From: an uncultured Sutterella sp.
Lineage (GTDB): Bacteria > Pseudomonadota > Gammaproteobacteria > Burkholderiales > Burkholderiaceae_F
DNA length: 64,000 nucleotides
NCBI GenBank assembly: GCA_958347955.1
Contig: CATVXH010000007.1
Span: 9,638 to 73,637 of the forward strand
Direction: 5' to 3'
In this document: positions 55,992 to 64,000 of the stretch, in pieces
Numbering within the stretch: position 1 is the stretch's first letter
Layout of the letters: every line of letters starts with the position of its first letter
Program-made: the position numbers and the translations under genes
The notes under the pieces: generated by a model
Database searches by the model: none
Told to the model about the DNA's origin: nothing
Seen by the model: the letters and a program-made list of their open reading frames with translations, nothing else

Positions 55992-56590
55992 GTCGAAAAC
56001 TCCTTGCGAAGAATATCACTCACGATGTCTTTGTCCTGCATGCTGTTGACAATGAGGAAGCGCCCCGGTGATTGATGGGCGCGGTCAAGATACGCCTGAC
56101 GGACTCGGGTAAAGAAATCAAGACTTTCTTGTTCAAATCTATCGAGCTGGCGAGCCCTGGCGACGCGTTTGGCGGCCACTTCCGGATCAATATCAAAGAG
56201 CACGGTCCGATCAGGCTGCAACTCGCCTTGAGTCCACTTTTCGAGTTCTTCGACTTTGTGCGCCGGAAATCCTCTGCCGCCGACTTGATAAGCGTAAGTG
56301 GCGTCGGTGAAACGGTCACTCAAAACCCAAGCGCCGCGCTCCACCGCAGGCCGAATCACTTTGGCAATGTGTTCGGCGCGAGAGGCAAAGAACAGAAGTG
56401 TTTCTGTGGCGGGATCCATTTGCACTGACAAAAGCTCTTTGCGGATCACCTCGCCCAACGGCGTGCCGCCCGGCTCGCGGGTACGGATGACTTCCAGTCC
56501 CCGTGCCTTAAGAGTCGCCTCAATGACGTCGATTTGAGTGCTTTTGCCCGCACCGTCAATGCCTTCAAACGTAATGAAACGGCCTCGCAT
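55982..56590 (-). CDS. tmk: Thymidylate kinase
   Basis: FITFEGIDGAGKST P-loop and DRF motif. 202 aa. Confidence 0.95.
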   Translation of the reverse strand: MRGRFITFEGIDGAGKSTQIDVIEATLKARGLEVIRTREPGGTPLGEVIRKELLSVQMDPATETLLFFASRAEHIAKVIRPAVERGAWVLSDRFTDATYAYQVGGRGFPAHKVEELEKWTQGELQPDRTVLFDIDPEVAAKRVARARQLDRFEQESLDFFTRVRQAYLDRAHQSPGRFLIVNSMQDKDIVSDILRKEFSTWA

Positions 56591-56595
56591 GATCC

Positions 56596-57669
56596 TTAAT
56601 GTCCTTTGTTGAGAATGTACCGGCGAACGGCTCTGTTGTGCTCTTGAAGCGTTTTCGACGGCACAAGATCACCGTTTGCTTTATTAATGAAGTAAAGATA
56701 GTCGGTCTTCGCGGGATGCAACACCGCGTGGATGCTCTCTCTCGTCGGATTGCCGATCGGGGTCGGCGGCAGTCCGACAAAACGGTAAGTATTGTAAGGA
56801 GTATTTTTGCGCAGATGTTCACGCTTGATGTCACCGCCGAACTCCTCCCCTTCACCGTATATGACGCTGGGATCGGTCTGAAGAGGCATTTTAATTCTCA
56901 ACCGGTTTGAAAAAATGCCGGCAACGATAGCCCGGTCCTCGCTGCGCCCGACCTCGCGCTCCACAATGCTCGCGAGAATGAGCGCCTCATAAGGCGTTTT
57001 CACCTGGCAGTCCGCAGACCTGTTTGTCCACTCTTCTGTCAGTATCGCCTGCTGTTGCTCATAGGCTTTTTTCAATATCAAAAGATCGGAGACATTGGCA
57101 TGAAAGTTGTAGGTGTCCGGGGCAAAAAGGCCTTCCAAATGACCTTCTTTTGCACCGATCGCAAACAGCAGCGCGTCCGCGCTCATTTCTTTGGAGTCGT
57201 GTTTAATTCCGTTTAACGCGTTCAAACTTCTGCGCACTTCCCAATAAGTGGATCCGTCAGCGATTCGCCAGGAAAAAAGATAGGCCTCACCTTTGGAAAG
57301 CCTCTCGGTAATGCTGCCCACGGTGTCATTCGGATAAACACGGTAGACACCGGCGTGAAGATTTTTATGGGCGCCGGTCAGACGAAGCGAGAGCTTAAAA
57401 TAAAAATCGTTGACTTCGACGCCTTCACTTTCGAGGATGGCAGGAATACGGGCCGCGGGCGTTCCGGGCGGCACGGTAAACATAATTTCTTTTTTGGCTA
57501 ATGCCTCATCGGTAAAGCTCACCTGATTGGCCACAAGGCAAAAAAGTCCGACAACGGCAACGCCGGCTGACAATCCCATTGCCCAGTACCGTTTTTCAAT
57601 GGAGTTTATCGATTGAAGCCGAGAGAACACATCCGGATTGAACTTAATCATCACAAAGCAAATTCGCAC
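56596..57669 (-). CDS. mltG: Endolytic murein transglycosylase (YceG family); the start may be the internal ATG at 57651
   Basis: N-terminal TM helix with C-terminal SIVEREV and YNTYRFVGLPPTPIGNP motifs. Confidence 0.85.
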   Translation of the reverse strand: MRICFVMIKFNPDVFSRLQSINSIEKRYWAMGLSAGVAVVGLFCLVANQVSFTDEALAKKEIMFTVPPGTPAARIPAILESEGVEVNDFYFKLSLRLTGAHKNLHAGVYRVYPNDTVGSITERLSKGEAYLFSWRIADGSTYWEVRRSLNALNGIKHDSKEMSADALLFAIGAKEGHLEGLFAPDTYNFHANVSDLLILKKAYEQQQAILTEEWTNRSADCQVKTPYEALILASIVEREVGRSEDRAIVAGIFSNRLRIKMPLQTDPSVIYGEGEEFGGDIKREHLRKNTPYNTYRFVGLPPTPIGNPTRESIHAVLHPAKTDYLYFINKANGDLVPSKTLQEHNRAVRRYILNKGH

Positions 57670-57725
57670 TATTTTTTTGGAGACTCCATAATATCAGCCT
57701 GCGTTTCGTTTTGGAGTCGACTGTC

Positions 57726-58622
57726 ATGGAAAATAACATTTCCGGTTCTTGGCAATTGCCGCCTGCCCATAGTCGGGAAGGCGCGTTTCTTATCCGTGAA
57801 CTCAGCGTTTTGGAAGTCAGCGGTGATGATGCTGAAACATTTTTACACGGTCAATTCACTAATCACATCAAAGGCATCGAAGACGCTTTTAGGCTCGCGG
57901 CCTATTGCCAACCGCAAGGAAGAATATTGGCGCTGATGAGAGTGGCCAAAGTCGAAAATAAGTTTTTCATTCTTTTGCCGACTGATTTAGTACCCGGTTT
58001 TGTCAAACGCCTTTCCATGTTTATTCTCCGAAGCAAAGTGAGCATACGCATTGCTTCAGAAATGTTTGTTGCCGGATTAATTAACCCGGAGATGCAGTTG
58101 CCGGAAACCGATAAGCGCGTCTGTCAGGATGATTCTGTTATCGGACGTATTTCTGACGCTTGGGGCCTGAAGCGTGTCATGGTTATCTCGACTCTTGAAA
58201 ACTTAAAGCGAAGCTTTAATCCGATTGATGATGCCTCTGTTTGGTTTGAAAGTGAAATTGTTGCAGGGATTCCCTGGGTATTTGAAAAAACCAAAGAAGC
58301 CTTCATCCCGCAATGGATCAATCTGGATAAAATCGGCGGATTAGTGTTTGACAAAGGATGTTATCCGGGTCAGGAAATTATTTCACGAGTGCAACACATC
58401 GGAACCAATCCTCGCTGCATGGTTAGGGTTGAAAGCTCTGAAAGTGTCAGTCTTGAAGCCGGAGACGATGTTTTTCAAGATTCCGCGGCTGTCGGCAACG
58501 TCGTTATGAGTGTTCACGATGATCAAAAAACATTGGCCTTGGTTGAAATGACAAAAAAGAGTGGGGAATCCGGCTTCTGTCAGATTAAAAGTGCTGACTT
58601 CAAGATAATTTCTGAAGATTAA
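57726..58622 (+). CDS. ygfZ: Folate-dependent tRNA-modification protein YgfZ
   Basis: GGAG lies 9 nt before ATG 57726. Signature KGCYPGQEIISR. Confidence 0.8.
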   Translation: MENNISGSWQLPPAHSREGAFLIRELSVLEVSGDDAETFLHGQFTNHIKGIEDAFRLAAYCQPQGRILALMRVAKVENKFFILLPTDLVPGFVKRLSMFILRSKVSIRIASEMFVAGLINPEMQLPETDKRVCQDDSVIGRISDAWGLKRVMVISTLENLKRSFNPIDDASVWFESEIVAGIPWVFEKTKEAFIPQWINLDKIGGLVFDKGCYPGQEIISRVQHIGTNPRCMVRVESSESVSLEAGDDVFQDSAAVGNVVMSVHDDQKTLALVEMTKKSGESGFCQIKSADFKIISED

Positions 58623-58640
58623 TTGAAGATATTGTTTAGG

Positions 58641-58670
58641 TTTTGGGGCTATGTTTTAATCGCCCCAAAA
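58641..58670 (+). terminator. Terminator hairpin after ygfZ
   Basis: TTTTGGGGC..GCCCCAAAA, a 9-bp stem. Confidence 0.55.
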
Positions 58671-58675
58671 TGTCT

Positions 58676-58973
58676 TTAGAAAAGATAATTGACAGTGGCC
58701 ATTCCGGAGACCGCATCTCTTGTGCCTTCCCAACCACGTACTTGCAAATCAAATTGCCATGGAGAAGAGACACTAGGTTTGAGGCTCATGCCTGCTTCGG
58801 CAAAAGCGCTGAAACCATCAAGCTCTGAGGTTCGGGCAGAAGCGCCTGCGGCTATCATGTCGCTTTGGGCATCAAATTCATACTCACCGGCCAAACCGAA
58901 CATAAAAGTCACGTTATCGCGATTCCAACTTGCACGCGTGCCCAGAGGGATTGTAAATTCATTCGTGTAAATT
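58676..58973 (-). pseudogene. Autotransporter beta-barrel 3' relic (about 98 codons)
   Basis: YTNEFTIPLGTRASWNRDNVTFMFGLAGEYEFD..GMATVNYLF is the last third of an autotransporter barrel with terminal F. A stop lies immediately upstream. No passenger or signal peptide is present. Confidence 0.65.
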
Positions 58974-59024
58974 CATTTAGAGATATTTGGTGAGTCAGAT
59001 TAAGTGCCATGCTAGGCACATTAC

Positions 59025-59056
59025 AAAAAACCGGATTCAGTCAGCTCTGAACCCGG
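59025..59056 (-). terminator. Terminator after the M16 peptidase gene
   Basis: On the minus strand, CCGGGTTCAG..CTGAATCCGG is followed by TTTTTT. Confidence 0.6.
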
Positions 59057-59085
59057 GTTAAATGGAATAAACTGAGTTTAGAAGG

Positions 59086-61851
59086 TTATTGCTCTGTCAT
59101 AGCCTTCTTTTGGTCTCCGGCCAATACGACAGTCAAACCATCCCGTTTAACCATCTTACGGAAAGCCGCATTGACATCGTCCAGGGTCAGACTTCTGATC
59201 TTCGCATCACGTTCTTCAGCTTCAGTCCAATCCACTCCCTCATTCATCATTTGGGTCCAATGGTAAGCAATAAGTTGGTCTTGGCTGCGGTTAACGGCGC
59301 GATATTCGATAAAGCCCTTTTTAGCTTCATCAAGTTCTTCTTGAGTAAAGCCATCTTTAAGTACTTTATCAATTTCCTCATAAAGCGCGACCTCTGCCTT
59401 TCTCATGTTCTGAGGTGCGAGAATCGCCTGCATTGTCCAACTTGCCGCATTGCCGAAGGCCGGGATGTTGACATTGCTGCCCGCTCCGTAGCTCAAGCCA
59501 TCCTTTTGACGCAAGCGCATCATCAGGCGATTGGACAAGCCTGAACTTCCGCCGAAGATCCAATTGGCCAAAAGCATGGCGTCGGTATCCGCGTCATCTT
59601 TATTTTGAGCGAAATCGAATCGCGCCATGATCGTGGCGTTTTCCTTATCGGGCGTGTCAATGATGATCCGCGTGCCTGGAGTTTCAAAGTGCTCGCGAAC
59701 GATGCGTTCATAAGGCACTTGTGAAGCCTTCAGCTTCAAAATACTTTCAAGTTGCGCGCGCACTGCCTGGGCGTCAAAGTCTCCGACAAGAGAAATCTCC
59801 CCGCGGCCGATACCGAATTGCTGATCATAGTAGCTCTTGACTTCATCGAGCGTGGCGCTTTCAATGGCCGTCTTCATTTCCTTTGAAGTCAAACGATAGC
59901 GGGCATCGTTTTTGGCGTAGTGATTGAAATGCTCGGTGATGGCGTCGCGCGCGAGAATTCTCGGATCATCCATCCTGGATTGAACTTCAGTGGCGAACTC
60001 TGACTTCAATTCTTCAAAATCCTTTTGAGGCATTACAGATTGGGTCCAAAGTTCAGCCATTAAATTAAGCGCATCGCTTAAATGCTCACGCGTGGTTGTG
60101 AATTGCCCCATGTCGCCGTCAATCTGCAACTTCGTGAAAGCATCATGAATTTGCTCGCGGGTCATGGTTTTGGTGCCGCGCTCAAGCATCGCGCCCATTA
60201 AGGCCGAGATGGCGCGCTTGTTTTGACGGGAGTCGTAATTGCCGTAACGGAACTGCGCGCGCACCACCACGGTTTCCCCTCTTGTCTTTTTAGGCAAGAG
60301 CGCGACATTAACGTCACCGATGGCAAAGCGTTCCGTGCGGGCGTTGAGATTTGCCGGGCTGGAATCAAAAACCTCAGCCTCTTCTCCTTGTTCTTTAAAC
60401 TGATATTGATCGAGCACAGCCTGAAGAGTCGGCGCTTCGGTCATCTGCGCTCTCTTAGGTTCGTTGTCAGGAATAAACATGCCGATGACACGGTTATCTC
60501 GAACAAAGTAGCGCTTCCATGCCCCCATCACTTCCTCGGGAGTCATTTTTTCCCAACTGTCACGATGAATGAAAAAGAGTCTCCAGTCACCCAAGGCAAT
60601 AAAGTCGGAAATATCCACGCCAAAGGTTTCAGGATCCGCGAACGTTCTTTCGTAAAGCGTTTTTTCTTCCCGGGCCATCAGCGAGAGTTCTTGCTCTTTC
60701 AAGGTTTCTTTGTCAAAAGTTGATTCGACCGTATCGATCAAAACCTGTTTGGCTTTTTCGATATCGCCGTCCTTAGGCAGCATGGCGCCAAACATCGCCA
60801 AACCGGGATCATGAGCGGGCATCGGCCAGGCAAAAACCTGAGTGGCCAGTCCAGTTTCGACCAACGCTTTGTGCAATCGTCCGCGAGGCGTGTCCCCCAA
60901 AACGTCGGCCCCCAAATTGATAAGCTGACCGTCCGGATGCAGCGCGGACGGAATGCGATAGCCGACAGCGACGACCTTCATTTCACCGGCGCGACGAATT
61001 TCAAACGTACGCTGGCCGTCAGCCACCGGTTCTTCTGTCCACAATTGCGGCAGCACACGGGTGGGCTTGGGGATCGCGCCAAAAATGCGCTCGATTTTCT
61101 TAAGTGTTTCACCCTCATCGAACTTGCCCGAAACCATCAAAACGGCGTTGTCGGGCTGGTAGTACTTACGATAAAAGGCCTGGAGGTTTTCAATTTTGAC
61201 GTGTTCAATGTCACTTCGGGCGCCGATTGTGCTGTTACCGTAGTTGTGCCAATCAAAAAGCACGGACTGCACGCGTTTTAAAAGCACGCTAACGGGGTTG
61301 TTTTCACCCATTTCAAATTCGTTTCTCACCACGGTCATTTCCGTATCGAGATCTTTTTGCGCGATGAAAGAATTCGTCATCGCGTCAGCGCTCCAGCCTA
61401 ACGCCCAATCCAGATTGTCATCCACGGCATTGAAAGAGACAAAGTAGTTGGTGCGGTCAAGCCAAGTCGAACCGTTCATCTTAAAGCCGCGACGGGTGAA
61501 TTCTTTGGTGGGCTCAGGGTAATTTTTCGAGCCCTTGAACATCAGATGTTCAAGCAAATGGGCCATCCCCGTCTCGCCGTAGCCTTCATGGCGGGAGCCT
61601 ACCAAATAGGTCATGTTGACCGTAATTGTGGGTTTACTGAAATCCGGAAATAACAAAACGCGCAAACCGTTGGATAAGCGGTACTCCGTCACTCCTTCAA
61701 CTGTCACTATTTTTTGCGCTGCTTCTGTATTTTGAACTGCAACAGGCGTTTCATTCATAGCTGTCTTCGCTTCCTTTTGCCAAAATGTATAACCGACCGC
61801 ACAAATCACAATCACGCCGGCGGCGGTCAGCCATTTTATCTTTTTATTCAT
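59086..61851 (-). CDS. M16-family zinc peptidase (fused two-module, PqqL-like)
   Basis: 921 aa with an N-terminal TM/signal and an HxxEH zinc motif in GMAHLLEHLMFKGS. Confidence 0.85.
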   Translation of the reverse strand: MNKKIKWLTAAGVIVICAVGYTFWQKEAKTAMNETPVAVQNTEAAQKIVTVEGVTEYRLSNGLRVLLFPDFSKPTITVNMTYLVGSRHEGYGETGMAHLLEHLMFKGSKNYPEPTKEFTRRGFKMNGSTWLDRTNYFVSFNAVDDNLDWALGWSADAMTNSFIAQKDLDTEMTVVRNEFEMGENNPVSVLLKRVQSVLFDWHNYGNSTIGARSDIEHVKIENLQAFYRKYYQPDNAVLMVSGKFDEGETLKKIERIFGAIPKPTRVLPQLWTEEPVADGQRTFEIRRAGEMKVVAVGYRIPSALHPDGQLINLGADVLGDTPRGRLHKALVETGLATQVFAWPMPAHDPGLAMFGAMLPKDGDIEKAKQVLIDTVESTFDKETLKEQELSLMAREEKTLYERTFADPETFGVDISDFIALGDWRLFFIHRDSWEKMTPEEVMGAWKRYFVRDNRVIGMFIPDNEPKRAQMTEAPTLQAVLDQYQFKEQGEEAEVFDSSPANLNARTERFAIGDVNVALLPKKTRGETVVVRAQFRYGNYDSRQNKRAISALMGAMLERGTKTMTREQIHDAFTKLQIDGDMGQFTTTREHLSDALNLMAELWTQSVMPQKDFEELKSEFATEVQSRMDDPRILARDAITEHFNHYAKNDARYRLTSKEMKTAIESATLDEVKSYYDQQFGIGRGEISLVGDFDAQAVRAQLESILKLKASQVPYERIVREHFETPGTRIIIDTPDKENATIMARFDFAQNKDDADTDAMLLANWIFGGSSGLSNRLMMRLRQKDGLSYGAGSNVNIPAFGNAASWTMQAILAPQNMRKAEVALYEEIDKVLKDGFTQEELDEAKKGFIEYRAVNRSQDQLIAYHWTQMMNEGVDWTEAEERDAKIRSLTLDDVNAAFRKMVKRDGLTVVLAGDQKKAMTEQ

Positions 61852-62030
61852 AAACGGTATTTCCTCACTGCAAAAATTAAGAGGATCGTGACAGTTTAAT
61901 CGATTTGAGCCACAAGATTTTGCATAAACCCAGTAATATGTTTCGAAGTTTTGCGATTTTATGCATCATGAAAACCTTTGCGCTATATTGCTGCTACTTT
62001 TATGTTATCTGTATTGCGAAAAGAAATACC

Positions 62031-62627
62031 GTGAAGGCCTTTTTTGATCTCTTACCCGTCATCTGTTTCTTTATCACTTTTAAAGTGGCGGGATCGTATA
62101 CCTCCGAATTGGCGCCCATTTTTCCCGTAACAGCGGATCTGATTCCTATTGTGTCGGCCACGGCCGTGATTATCGCCGTCAGCCTGATTCAGATGGGACT
62201 GATTTATCTCAAAGGGCAAAAGCCTTCCAAAATGGCCGTGTTTTCAACCCTACTCGTGGTTCTTTTCGGCGGCATGACGATCGCCTTTCAGGATCCGGCT
62301 TTTATTCAATGGAAACCCACTCTTTTGTATTGGCTTTTTGCCGCCATTCTTCTTTTCGGCCGTATCGGAAAGAAGGACTACATTAAAAAAGTATTCAATG
62401 GGATCAATATGCCGGATCAGGCCTGGAAAACGGTTGAAAATTTCTGCCTGATCTTTTTGGTTTTGATCGGCGTGATTAACCTGTTTGTCGCCTACACTTT
62501 CAGCATGGATATTTGGGTTGACTTCAAGCTCTTCGGGCTTTTGGGTCTGACACTTCTTTTTACAATTGGGCTTGGTTTTTATGTCGCCAAATACGCTGAA
62601 GAAGCGCAAAATACGAAGAATAATTAA
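62031..62627 (+). CDS. yciB: Intracellular septation protein A
   Basis: The GTG 62031 start gives (M)KAFFDLLPVICFFITFKV, the canonical YciB N-terminus. The upstream part of the tracked ORF is rejected. Confidence 0.75.
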   Translation: MKAFFDLLPVICFFITFKVAGSYTSELAPIFPVTADLIPIVSATAVIIAVSLIQMGLIYLKGQKPSKMAVFSTLLVVLFGGMTIAFQDPAFIQWKPTLLYWLFAAILLFGRIGKKDYIKKVFNGINMPDQAWKTVENFCLIFLVLIGVINLFVAYTFSMDIWVDFKLFGLLGLTLLFTIGLGFYVAKYAEEAQNTKNN

Positions 62628-62654
62628 CTACTCTCTTTGTTATAGAGGATATTT

Positions 62655-63449
62655 ATGCAACACAAAGCTTTAGTCATCGGTTTGTCCTTGGCCTTAGCCT
62701 CCGCGATGGCAATGGCGGCACCGTCTGCCGTGACAGTTAACGGCAAAACGATCTCCGCCCAAGCTCAAGAAAAAATCATTCAGCAAATCGTCAAAAACGG
62801 CCAAAAGAGAACGCCGGAATTGGAAATGCAAGTGCGCAATCAGTTAATCCAAAAAGAAGTGCTCTTGCAGGAAGCCAATCGTAAAAAGCTCGCCAATCGA
62901 GCTGACGTCCGTGACGCCATCAATAACGCCCGTGACAACGTTCTCATCAACGCCCTGATCGCCGACTTTGCGAAGAAGAATCCGGTGAAAGATGCCGACG
63001 TGAAGAAATTCTATGAAGAACAGAAGAAAGCTTACGGCGACAAGGAATATAAGGTCAGTGTCATCGCCGTGAGAACTGAAGCTGATGCGAAGAAAGTCAC
63101 CGAAGCCTTGAAGGACGGTGATAAGTTTGCTGACGTCGCTAAGAAATACTCTGTGGATCAGAGCACGAAGGACAAAGGCGGCAAGATCGACAACTGGACC
63201 TCTTCTGCCAGTTTCCCGCAGTTGATCGGTCTGGCTATCCGTTCGCTTGATGACGGCGACTACACCGAAGTGCCTGTGCGCGCCAACGGCGGCTTCTATA
63301 TCGTAAAGGTTGACGACTCCCGCAAGGCTCAGCTCTTCCCCGAATACAGTAAGAGCAAGGACCACTACAAGAACATGTTGGTTCAAACGAAGGTTCAGCA
63401 AAACATTCAGGAACTCTTCCAAAAAGCCAACATCAAGGTCGGCAAGTAA
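62655..63449 (+). CDS. Periplasmic parvulin-type peptidyl-prolyl isomerase (PpiC/SurA-like)
   Basis: Signal peptide ..AMAMAAP. C-terminal parvulin domain YKVSVIAVRTEADAKKV..KYSVDQSTKDKGGKI. Confidence 0.8.
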   Translation: MQHKALVIGLSLALASAMAMAAPSAVTVNGKTISAQAQEKIIQQIVKNGQKRTPELEMQVRNQLIQKEVLLQEANRKKLANRADVRDAINNARDNVLINALIADFAKKNPVKDADVKKFYEEQKKAYGDKEYKVSVIAVRTEADAKKVTEALKDGDKFADVAKKYSVDQSTKDKGGKIDNWTSSASFPQLIGLAIRSLDDGDYTEVPVRANGGFYIVKVDDSRKAQLFPEYSKSKDHYKNMLVQTKVQQNIQELFQKANIKVGK

Positions 63450-63470
63450 CCGATTCTGTTGCTTTAATTC

Positions 63471-63503
63471 AAAATGCCTCGGTTTTTCTCCGAGGCATTT
63501 TTC
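63471..63503 (+). terminator. Rho-independent terminator
   Basis: AAATGCCTCGG..CCGAGGCATTT, an 11-bp stem followed by TTCT. Confidence 0.75.
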
Positions 63504-63581
63504 TATTCTGTGACTTCAAGTAAAACCACCACTACTACAACAAACTGTATTCTCTTTTCCCGAAAATCAAATTATTTGTTT

Positions 63582-64000
63582 TTAGGCGCGTTTTTCTTTT
63601 TCCCGTCCAACTCCCAATGCAGTCAATAAAGCCGAAGTTTGAAACACTCCAACCAAAATCAGCGCGAGCGAGAAAAACCCCGCGTCAAGCAGAGGTCCCG
63701 CCACCAAGGGAGCCAAAGTTTGCCCCACATCCATTCCGCAATAGGTGAAACCATAGACACGGCCGAAGCTGTTTGACCCCAAAAATTTCATGCAGGCGCC
63801 TCGAATTAGCATATCCCGCGAAGGGGTTGCGATGCCTACCCCCAATCCCATCAAGAACATAAGCGGCAACACACACCACGGTCCGAAAACCTGAGAGGCC
63901 AACAAAATGGATGTTATCGCGGAAAGCGACATGCTCGAGGCGATAACAAACTCGCTGCGTTTAACCGCCTTGGCGATAAAGGCCCCCGTCATCACTCCGA
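63582..64000 (-). CDS. MFS transporter, C-terminal part (5' end outside window)
   Basis: The frame is open to the window edge. It carries hydrophobic helices and the MFS-like motif GIATPSRDMLIR. Confidence 0.55.
   Translation of the reverse strand, partial: GVMTGAFIAKAVKRSEFVIASSMSLSAITSILLASQVFGPWCVLPLMFLMGLGVGIATPSRDMLIRGACMKFLGSNSFGRVYGFTYCGMDVGQTLAPLVAGPLLDAGFFSLALILVGVFQTSALLTALGVGREKEKRA

Overview
64-kb chromosomal segment, densely coding on both strands. Backbone genes give 52-57% G+C in hand-counted 60-nt lines. Gene content fits an anaerobic, amino-acid-fermenting proteobacterium. Transport and catabolism genes: tctB-tctA-tctC tricarboxylate transporter, DcuC carrier, periplasmic asparaginase, diaminopropionate ammonia-lyase, L-serine dehydratase, two tandem PuuD-type gamma-glutamyl hydrolases next to an APC permease, and a GltP-type symporter. 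Redox and core genes: nrdDG, an [FeFe]-hydrogenase with a NuoF/GltD-like partner, FMN-riboswitch-controlled ribB, thyA-folA, rng, mltG-tmk-holB, ygfZ, an M16 peptidase, yciB and a parvulin PPIase. The Bug-type TctC, mltG-tmk-holB and yciB-ppiC contexts suggest a betaproteobacterium, possibly Sutterellaceae; this is inference only. Accessory or unusual content: (1) a low-GC (35-38% in spot counts) five-gene co-directional island at 6.95-11.55 kb, ordered AlwI-like nuclease, RHH-extended C5 methyltransferase, Vsr, HNH nuclease and a translationally coupled NUDIX hydrolase; this is the best candidate for an undescribed system. (2) A DsbB-like/beta-propeller fusion (DsbI-like) preceded by an untracked 55-codon hydrophobic ORF (Dba-like). 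(3) A tandem puuD duplication with a core of about 630 bp that appears identical. (4) A lone tyrosine recombinase abutting holB. (5) Several gene relics: LysR, flavodoxin, glnA, an autotransporter, and a GDPD-like gene with an in-frame TAA. (6) A 78-nt module present twice. One tRNA-Gln and one FMN riboswitch were found. No rRNA, CRISPR array or IS transposase was recognised. All family assignments come from reading the translations and recalled motifs; no searches were run.
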